A stretch of 64,000 bases of DNA. It comes from an uncultured Methanosarcinales archaeon. Its GTDB lineage: Archaea > Nanobdellota > Nanobdellia > Woesearchaeales > UBA11576. A program made the position numbers and the translations under genes. The notes under the pieces are model-generated. The model was given only the letters and a program-made list of their open reading frames with translations, was not told where the DNA came from and did not search any database. Positions 44,998-51,878 of the stretch are shown here, piece by piece; positions within the stretch are counted from its first letter, which is position 1, and every line of letters starts with the position of its first letter. Location: the NCBI GenBank assembly GCA_964563755.1, contig CAZLYC010000003.1, positions 73,831 to 137,830 on the forward strand. Reading direction: 5' to 3'.

Positions 44998-47418
44998 TCA
45001 ACCCTTTTTCAGACGCTCGTAATCCGGGGTAAGCAACACCATCAAAGTGTTGTCATCCTTGCCTTTCTGTATCAGATCAAAATTCAACCCCTTGTTCCTG
45101 AAAGAGCGGAGCAATGCCTTCGACAAGATCCTGCTCTCTCCGCACCTGACTATCTGATGCCTCTTCAATTCCATCTTGCCTCCTAGTATGGGAGCGGGCC
45201 TAAGAGCCACAAAATAGAACTCGACCTTATCCTTTGTCTCAGGACGTAACGCAGCATACGTCGAGTAAGCGTCATTGCCGAACGGTGTCCTCGGTATACG
45301 CTGCGTGCTTGTCCTGTCATAGCATATGACATCTTTGTCTATCTCAAGACGCCTAAGCATATAATTGACATGCATATCCTCTGCCTTCCTGTCCCAGTAA
45401 TACTTCATGTTGTTCTGCTTCACGCCCTCTATCAATATCATGGCGTCCCTCTTCTCTTTATCATGATGCTGGACGCAGATATCTACGAGCGAGTCTATCA
45501 ATGAATCAGAACCGGTCTCAAGATTGAAGTATGTCCTTCCGAACATAGTAATGATAAGCTGCCTCTGAATCGCAGCGAAGTCATCATAGTTCAGTTTCCT
45601 GATATCCTTCCTCTTCAATGAAGCAAGCAGCATGTTGCTGTTGCAGTTCCTTGCCGCCCTGTGAAGCATAGTATCATTTATGTCATACAGACAAAGCCAG
45701 ACGTCCAAAGGAGTCCCGTTCGAAACTGAATATTTCTTCTTTATCTCCTCGGAAAGCACAAGTTCCGGAAGAGCGTCGCCGCAAGCGAGACCTGCAAGGG
45801 CCACCTTCCTGTCATGAAGAAGGTTTCTATCCATAAGGCGATTGGATATCGCTTTCATAAGTTCCTTGTCTATACGCTGTTCGGCATCAGCTTCGTCGTT
45901 AAGGTTCATATAGCTGTCTGCAGATTCGCTCCATCTGTACCACGCGTCATTGTCCTCACCTATATCTATCATGTAAGGGTAAACCTTGATATCATACATA
46001 TCCTGATAGAATTTTACCACGTGAAGAGGCACACGCAGCTCATGCATCCTGCTCGTCTTTATCCTCTTTATGAGCTTATTCCTGTCATCCCTTATCTTAG
46101 TGTTCTGCTTGTATGAATAAGTGACCATGTCCTCGTAAAGCCTCTCTTCGAAAGGAGTCAGCTTATCCCCTTTCCTCTTCTTGAGATGCGCATCAGCAAA
46201 GACTATCAGGTCGAGAGAACTGTATCTTCCAGGCAAGTCCCTCAATGGGTTTATCAAAATCTCAAAATATTTTGCCTCCCTATCGCTTATCTCCTTCAGC
46301 TTCTCTGAGCAGTCCAATATGCAAAGATTCGCGTCGAATACAGCGTCCTGGAACTTAGGAAGAAGCTTCTTTACGTCGTCTATCCTGACCTGTATAGCGC
46401 CCCTGCTTTCGCTGTCCATCAGGACCTTCAGCAGCTCATTGTAGCCGTTTATGTAACGCTCTGCATGGTCCTCTGTGAATCTCGCAGCGAATATGCCTGA
46501 AAGGTCTGCAGAAGAGTATTTCTTCCCGCCATCCCCTTTCAGAAGTATCGAAATCCTATAAACTAGCTTGCTCAGCTCTTCAGCATAGCTCTTGTTATTT
46601 ATGCCTGAAACACCCTGCTTTATGAATCCCATCGCGTAGTCCAGGAAAGAGAAAATCTTCGGAGGTGTTGTCGACGGAAGCTTCATGATGTAACCATACA
46701 TCTTAGGAATCTCGTCAAGAGTATCCTTGCTGCTGAACTTATGGCACAGGCTAAATGCAGCAGGAGGTGTCTTCGCATCCGCATGGTAAAGGCCGTTGCA
46801 GATGTCCCTGACTTTCTCACCATACACCCGGCAGTTCGACTTCGCAAGATCATCCACCTTATGGAGGAAGAAAGAACGTGCCTTCTTAGTGAGCCTGTCA
46901 ATATGCTCAAGCGCAGGCAGTGAAATATCCATATCCTCTGCGAACTTCAAGCTTCCAGTGTAACCATCTCCCGGAAGCCATTTAGACCAGACATCAGTGT
47001 AAACAGAGACAGGAGCGTTCAAAGCTATCGCCTTGCCTAGCGTCTCGACAGCAAGCTCAAGCCTGCTCTTCCTTGTTGTCTGCGTAGGCGGCACATTCGG
47101 GTCGAAGGCATCTTTCTCTATTGCCTCATGAAGCAGGTCGAGCGCCTCAGACGGCACTTCAAGCCCGTCCACTTTGGGAAAAAGAGTCTTCTCGAAAACA
47201 AACGAGAGGTAAAGCGCATCCACCGCCTTCCAGCCTTTGTCATGCATGTGCATCAAAAGCTCTGAGTATTTAGGATTGGATACAGCGTGCTCAGCTATCA
47301 GCTCCTCGAGCTTCCTCTGCTGGGTGGTCATGTCCTCGAAACTTGCCAGACGTTTACTCTCACGTCTCTTGTAGAACTCTTTCTTTTTCCACCTGAACCA
47401 ATCAGTCAGCCAAGTCAT
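44998..47418 (-). CDS. Large hypothetical protein with C-terminal EgtD-like (Methyltransf_33) domain
   Basis: 806 aa. The C-terminal ~270 aa (VALAGLACGD..., IITMFGRTYFNLE, MILIEGVK, YYWDRKAEDMHVNYMLRRLE, VEFYFVALRP...RCGESRILSK) follow the order of EgtD-family motifs. The N-terminal ~530 aa are unassigned. Confidence 0.55.
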   Translation of the reverse strand: MTWLTDWFRWKKKEFYKRRESKRLASFEDMTTQQRKLEELIAEHAVSNPKYSELLMHMHDKGWKAVDALYLSFVFEKTLFPKVDGLEVPSEALDLLHEAIEKDAFDPNVPPTQTTRKSRLELAVETLGKAIALNAPVSVYTDVWSKWLPGDGYTGSLKFAEDMDISLPALEHIDRLTKKARSFFLHKVDDLAKSNCRVYGEKVRDICNGLYHADAKTPPAAFSLCHKFSSKDTLDEIPKMYGYIMKLPSTTPPKIFSFLDYAMGFIKQGVSGINNKSYAEELSKLVYRISILLKGDGGKKYSSADLSGIFAARFTEDHAERYINGYNELLKVLMDSESRGAIQVRIDDVKKLLPKFQDAVFDANLCILDCSEKLKEISDREAKYFEILINPLRDLPGRYSSLDLIVFADAHLKKRKGDKLTPFEERLYEDMVTYSYKQNTKIRDDRNKLIKRIKTSRMHELRVPLHVVKFYQDMYDIKVYPYMIDIGEDNDAWYRWSESADSYMNLNDEADAEQRIDKELMKAISNRLMDRNLLHDRKVALAGLACGDALPELVLSEEIKKKYSVSNGTPLDVWLCLYDINDTMLHRAARNCNSNMLLASLKRKDIRKLNYDDFAAIQRQLIITMFGRTYFNLETGSDSLIDSLVDICVQHHDKEKRDAMILIEGVKQNNMKYYWDRKAEDMHVNYMLRRLEIDKDVICYDRTSTQRIPRTPFGNDAYSTYAALRPETKDKVEFYFVALRPAPILGGKMELKRHQIVRCGESRILSKALLRSFRNKGLNFDLIQKGKDDNTLMVLLTPDYERLKKG

Positions 47419-47550
47419 ATTTGCACGCCCGGAAACTTCAAAATCACCCTGAAATCTTGGTAATATTTTGATTGAATGGACTGCAGGCTATCTGCCGCAA
47501 TCAAAAACCTCTTTTTCAAGGAAAGATTTCAATAAACAAACTAAGCTGCC

Positions 47551-48036
47551 TCAAAAGGCGACATCACTCACTCTCAACAGTCTCGTCGAATTATCAAGCG
47601 GGATCATGTCTATCTGCTCGTGGGCAAGCCATGCTGTCCCATGCTTCTTGTAGAACTCTGCATGCGCCTTCTTGAACTCCTCCGCATTGCGCCAGATAGA
47701 ACGTATGATGACCTTGCCGTCGTATGTCTCGTGGCAGTCAGTGCAGTTCTTCCAGTCACCCATCATGTTCTTTATTATGTTCCGTATCTCTATCACGTAT
47801 GGGCTCGATATATCTATCCTCTGCACCATCATTATGTTATAGCCTAGTGAAGAGAAATTCGGTATGTTAAGAGTATAGAATACATTGTCCTGCTTAAGCT
47901 TGTTATGCAGGCGCCTGACTGATACCTCATTAAGGTTGACCAGCTTCGCTATCTCCCTGAAACTATAATCCTTATTCTCCATCAGAAGCTGCAGAACCTT
48001 CCTCTCGTTGACCTTGAGTGAATTTTGATTCTCCAT
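47551..48036 (-). CDS. Lrp/AsnC-like regulator with conserved CxxCH motif
   Basis: 161 aa. HTH (YSFREIAKLVNLNEVSVRRLHNKL) and a RAM-like domain containing CTDCHETYDGK. Paralog of 49907-50437. Confidence 0.7.
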   Translation of the reverse strand: MENQNSLKVNERKVLQLLMENKDYSFREIAKLVNLNEVSVRRLHNKLKQDNVFYTLNIPNFSSLGYNIMMVQRIDISSPYVIEIRNIIKNMMGDWKNCTDCHETYDGKVIIRSIWRNAEEFKKAHAEFYKKHGTAWLAHEQIDMIPLDNSTRLLRVSDVAF

Positions 48037-48069
48037 GTCCCAACCCCGTAAATAATTATGGTTTTTAGA

Positions 48070-48077
48070 TTTATAAA
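48070..48077 (-). promoter_or_regulatory. Putative TATA box (AACCTTTATAAA on the minus strand) for 47551-48036
   Basis: Lies ~35 nt upstream of ATG 48036, within a T-rich (minus-strand) spacer that also follows the GGDEF-like gene. Confidence 0.45.
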
Positions 48078-48336
48078 GGTTTGTAATAAAAAGTACATTT
48101 TAACGCAAAAAATGCAACAAAACGTACATGCTGATAAAAAAACAGAACATTTCACGCCCTTCAACCGAAAAAAACAGCAGAAAAATCTTGCAGATAGATA
48201 AAAAAAATAAAAAAAAACCAAAACAGAACAAAATAAAACCAAAAAACGATGAAAGACGACAAACAGAACTCAGGGCACTATCGGAAACAACTACCCGAAA
48301 GGCAAATCAGAAAGGCAAATCAATTTCATTCAAAGT

Positions 48337-49041
48337 TCATTTCACCGACGGTGCTGCCTGCCTTGATGATTGTACATACCTCTCCTGCATACGCTTCCTG
48401 TTAAGTTCAAGCTGCGCAAGATACATTGCTTCAACATATCTCTTTGCTACGAGCTCCGCGTGCGCATGGTCACAGCTTATGTCAATTATGAACTCGTCAC
48501 CACCGCTGTCATTCTTCCTGTTAAGAAGAATATCTGTATTACGCACATTGTTGAACGGAGTCTCTATGCTCCTTATCTGCCTCTTAAGAGCCCTGCCCAT
48601 CACCTCAAGATACTCATCAGTCACCTCATAGCCAAGAAGAGTGTTTGCCTGTTTCATGTTATCCCCGTCGATGAGTATTATAAGACGATTATCATACTTG
48701 GACTCTTTCCTCAACTTAGCGACTTCCACCATATAACCCACTTTGTTGAGAAGACCCGTCTTAGGGTCCTGCTTAAGATTCTCAAGATCATCACGACCTT
48801 CCTTGTCATCCATCTGCGAAAGCTTATCCTCAAGACGGAGATAGCTCTGAACCGTCTTATTGGATGTCTCGACTTCATGCGCAAGAGGTTTCCCTGAATA
48901 ATGCTCGATATTGTATAGCCTGCCTTCGTGCTTGCGCTGCTTTGCCATCGCAAGACCTGCTTCAGCCTCCTCGATGTTACGGCCTATGCCTATGCTCACC
49001 TTTATCACTACCTGCTCAAGCGCAGAAGGAGAGAAGCTCAT
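48337..49041 (-). CDS. GGDEF-like (palm-fold nucleotide cyclase) protein, apparently circularly permuted
   Basis: 234 aa. DPKTGLLNK..., LIILIDGDNMKQAN, GYEVTDEYL and SGGDEFIIDI follow canonical GGDEF order. The usually C-terminal strand and helix (VIKVSIGIG...AEAGLAMAKQRKHEG) sit at the N-terminus. Confidence 0.7.
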   Translation of the reverse strand: MSFSPSALEQVVIKVSIGIGRNIEEAEAGLAMAKQRKHEGRLYNIEHYSGKPLAHEVETSNKTVQSYLRLEDKLSQMDDKEGRDDLENLKQDPKTGLLNKVGYMVEVAKLRKESKYDNRLIILIDGDNMKQANTLLGYEVTDEYLEVMGRALKRQIRSIETPFNNVRNTDILLNRKNDSGGDEFIIDISCDHAHAELVAKRYVEAMYLAQLELNRKRMQERYVQSSRQAAPSVK

Positions 49042-49562
49042 CTTCGCGCCTCCATATCTTCTCCAATATCATCGCCGAACTCGTATGAAGAAAGCAATCT
49101 TCGGTTAATCTCTCCTAGCTTCTTAAGTGAAGGATACATCCTCTTGACTATAGTATCATCGCTCCTTCCAAAATAGAAATCCATGCTTTTTGTTACCTTG
49201 TCAACTTCTTCGACAGACAACGCGTCCTCTATCGACCTGCAATAAGCAAACCCTCTTGTGACAGGATTCAATGCCTTGAACGGATCGTAATTGAAAAGAA
49301 GATTTGAGAATATTGCATCCGCTTCTGCGTGCCTTCCACAAGAATCCATAAGATAAGCCATGACCCAAGCGTCGTCTAGAAAACATAACCTATCATACGT
49401 GTTCGCAAGCCCGGGAGTTATGGTGTAAGACTTATTTTCAAGCACATCCAGTGCGCATTCTACCCTATAATCCTCACCAAAATTAACCTTGCTCCCGTCT
49501 ATCTTCCTTTCAAGAGCAGATATTATGTCTGTCTTAGGATCCTCTATTATTTCCAAAAGCAT
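49038..49562 (-). CDS. Hypothetical protein translationally coupled to the GGDEF-like gene
   Basis: 174-aa ORF. Its stop overlaps the downstream ATG (ATGA). GAGGGG RBS. No family recognised. Confidence 0.6.
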   Translation of the reverse strand: MLLEIIEDPKTDIISALERKIDGSKVNFGEDYRVECALDVLENKSYTITPGLANTYDRLCFLDDAWVMAYLMDSCGRHAEADAIFSNLLFNYDPFKALNPVTRGFAYCRSIEDALSVEEVDKVTKSMDFYFGRSDDTIVKRMYPSLKKLGEINRRLLSSYEFGDDIGEDMEARR

Positions 49563-49596
49563 GTCTGTCGCCCCTCATTTGAACCGAGAATCCCCC

Positions 49597-49625
49597 TTTA
49601 GCGAGGTAGAGGAACTCACGTCCTG
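49597..49625 (-). promoter_or_regulatory. Leader-motif copy: GGACGTGAG...ACCTCGCTAAAGG
   Basis: The minus strand reads ttttaatttttttatcaataacaGGACGTGAGttcctctaCCTCGCTAAAggggg, 35-44 nt upstream of ATG 49562. Confidence 0.5.
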
Positions 49626-49906
49626 TTATTGATAAAAAAATTAAAAGATTTGAAATCCGAAAACAAAAATCAAATCAAAAAAGCTCTCAACACCTTGATG
49701 CATAGCATAATCATGTTCAAACATCCCACCCCTCATGAAAATCTGCGGATTAGCTCATGTCGACGGCACACTTACCTTTAACGCGCACTATCCTCACATT
49801 GATGCTCTTCTCAGGCGTGCCTGAAAACCATATCTTCAGGTCGCCTAGCAAGTAGACCAGCCTCGCGTAAAGTATCAAGAGACCGATTCTTGCTCTCCGT
49901 TCCATC

Positions 49907-50437
49907 CTATTCTTCCACATCCTTGTTTTCCACATCATGTTCCCACAGGCTCCTTGGTTTTATCACGCTTCGCTGCGCGTTGAGAGGCACCATATCTACC
50001 TCCTCGCCTGCGAGCCACTCCTGGCCGTATTTCTGATGCAGCCTCGTCCGTGCGTTCTTGAAATCCTCAGCGCTTTTCCAGACGCTGCGCACGTATACCT
50101 TTCCGTCGAATGTTTCGTGACAATCAATACATGTACTCCACTCTGACTCTATCTTCGATATTACAGACGGCATCTCTGCCAAAGACTTGTTCTTTATCGT
50201 CAATTTCTGGACAATCATGACCTTGAACCCGAGCAAAGAGTAGTTCGGTACAATCATCTGCGAGCACAGGTTCTCTGAGAACAGCCTGTTGTACAGCCTC
50301 TTCGCAGTATTCTCGTCGGTGCCGACAGCCCTCGCTATCTCTCTTGGCGTGGCATTGACATTAGTCATTATGTAGCCCAATATCTTCTTCTCGATCACAT
50401 CGAGGTCATACGCAATTTCTGATTTCTCTCCATACAT
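49907..50437 (-). CDS. Lrp/AsnC-like regulator with conserved CxxCH motif
   Basis: 176 aa. HTH (ATPREIARAVGTDENTAKRLYNRL) and a RAM-like domain with CIDCHETFDGK. The start lies 1 nt after the upstream stop. Confidence 0.7.
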   Translation of the reverse strand: MYGEKSEIAYDLDVIEKKILGYIMTNVNATPREIARAVGTDENTAKRLYNRLFSENLCSQMIVPNYSLLGFKVMIVQKLTIKNKSLAEMPSVISKIESEWSTCIDCHETFDGKVYVRSVWKSAEDFKNARTRLHQKYGQEWLAGEEVDMVPLNAQRSVIKPRSLWEHDVENKDVEE

Positions 50438-50438
50438 A

Positions 50439-50747
50439 CTAACGCACCTTGGTTATGTTTCCGCTATTTCCGCAGTAATAGTAAAGGTTCAGCACTCCGC
50501 AATATCCGAGATAATTCCTCAGCCTCTCCAGCTGCTTTACCGCCTTCTCGTAATTTTCTGAGCTCTTGACCTCGTAGAGGTCCCATCCGTTCTCAGTGAT
50601 GCCGACAAGATCTATCTCGCCTATTGTCTGGCCTGTAGCAGTATCCCTCACTTCAACTTCTTTCATGGTCATGACATACTGCCTCTTCACCATATCCTCA
50701 AGCCTCTCGACGAATTCATGATGTTTGTCTTGCGGTCTTTTTGTCAT
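50439..50747 (-). CDS. Small PD-(D/E)xK-like (restriction-endonuclease-fold) protein
   Basis: 102 aa. GEIDLVGI...WDLYEVKSS fits the D...(D/E)xK pattern of Hjc/NucS-type minimal nucleases. Confidence 0.5.
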   Translation of the reverse strand: MTKRPQDKHHEFVERLEDMVKRQYVMTMKEVEVRDTATGQTIGEIDLVGITENGWDLYEVKSSENYEKAVKQLERLRNYLGYCGVLNLYYYCGNSGNITKVR

Positions 50748-50755
50748 ACTCCACC

Positions 50756-50764
50756 TTTAGCGAG
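50756..50764 (-). promoter_or_regulatory. Leader-motif copy ACTCGCTAAAGGTGGAGT immediately before the ATG
   Basis: The minus strand reads gatcaCTCGCTAAAggtggagtATG. Confidence 0.4.
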
Positions 50765-50786
50765 TGATCTGAACAATGGTTTCTTT

Positions 50787-51878
50787 TCAGGCGAAACCTA
50801 TCCTCTTCACCTTCTCCTCTCTTCCCTTGCAGCAATATCCCCTGATAGTGTCCTCTATCTGCGATTGGTAAATCAAGACCTCCTCTGCCTTGATATTCTC
50901 CTCGGCAGGCATATCGATGAATCTCCTTATCTGCCGTTCAGATGTTATCCTCAGCACCTCAGCTATGTCCGCTCCATTGACATCAGCAGCCTTCATCATC
51001 GACGCGAGCTTATTGTAATCCTCAATCTTGTAGATGGTGCGGCCTGCTCTCCTCTCAATATAGCCTGTCTGCTTCCTCAGTATATCCTCGACGCCATTAA
51101 GGTCAGGCTTCGGTATCTCTATCAGGTGATCGAACCTTCCTGCGCGCTTCACTGCCTCATCCATAAGCTCTATCTTGTTCGTCGCAGCTATGTATATCAG
51201 TCCTGACCCATCAGCCATGCCGTCCATGTACCTAAGCCATACATTCAGGCAGCGGTCCATGACACCCGTATCTCCTGAAGTGCCGCGCTTCTTGAACATC
51301 TGCTCTGCTTCGTCGACAAAAACGACAACTTTTTTCTCTGTCTCTTTATGTATCTGGTTGCATCTCTTCAGTATCTCTTCAAGAGTCCTCTCTGCCTCTC
51401 CGACCCATTTGCTAATTATCCTAGTCACAGGAACCTCAAGAAAGAAACTGTCGAGCTCATTTGAGATGGCTTTCGCCATCATGGTCTTGCCGCAACCGGG
51501 CGGACCATACAGAAGCAGTCCTCGCGGAGGACGTATCGCATACGCCTCATACATCTTCGGATACATTATCCCATAGTTGAAGAACTTTATCTTGTCGAGA
51601 ACAGGCTCGAGACCGCCGACATCAGAGAAACGTATATCCTCCTTGCACACAGTGAACTCCTTATCGAGATCCTCGACAGGCCTTGCATATTCCTTGATCT
51701 GTTTTTGAAGATGGTCTACTACATTATTTAGCTCCGCATTCTTCTGCTTAAGAGAGCTTATCAGTTCCATCTGCTTTATTATCGCGGAAAGCATAGCCTT
51801 CTTCTGCTCTTCCCACGCATGCTCCTTCCCAGGTTCTCCCTTATCAGGGTTTTCCGTCGGACCGCTCAATCCAGTCAT
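50787..51878 (-). CDS. Classic-clade AAA+ ATPase with N-terminal coiled coil
   Basis: 363 aa. Walker A GPPGCGKT, Walker B VVVFVDEAE, SRH ATNKIELMDEAVKRAGRFD. The start overlaps the upstream stop (ATGA). Confidence 0.85.
   Translation of the reverse strand: MTGLSGPTENPDKGEPGKEHAWEEQKKAMLSAIIKQMELISSLKQKNAELNNVVDHLQKQIKEYARPVEDLDKEFTVCKEDIRFSDVGGLEPVLDKIKFFNYGIMYPKMYEAYAIRPPRGLLLYGPPGCGKTMMAKAISNELDSFFLEVPVTRIISKWVGEAERTLEEILKRCNQIHKETEKKVVVFVDEAEQMFKKRGTSGDTGVMDRCLNVWLRYMDGMADGSGLIYIAATNKIELMDEAVKRAGRFDHLIEIPKPDLNGVEDILRKQTGYIERRAGRTIYKIEDYNKLASMMKAADVNGADIAEVLRITSERQIRRFIDMPAEENIKAEEVLIYQSQIEDTIRGYCCKGREEKVKRIGFA

Noticed and set aside
49750-49938. 62-aa minus-strand ORF between the cluster genes
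   Set aside because: It starts inside the 3' end of the 49907-50437 gene. The translation is Arg/Trp/Met-rich with no SD. It cannot be excluded as a small protein, but there is no positive support.
47551-50437. c-type cytochromes, suggested by the CxxCH motifs
   Set aside because: Both proteins have N-terminal HTH domains, no signal peptide and a single motif. Covalent heme c attachment is unlikely.
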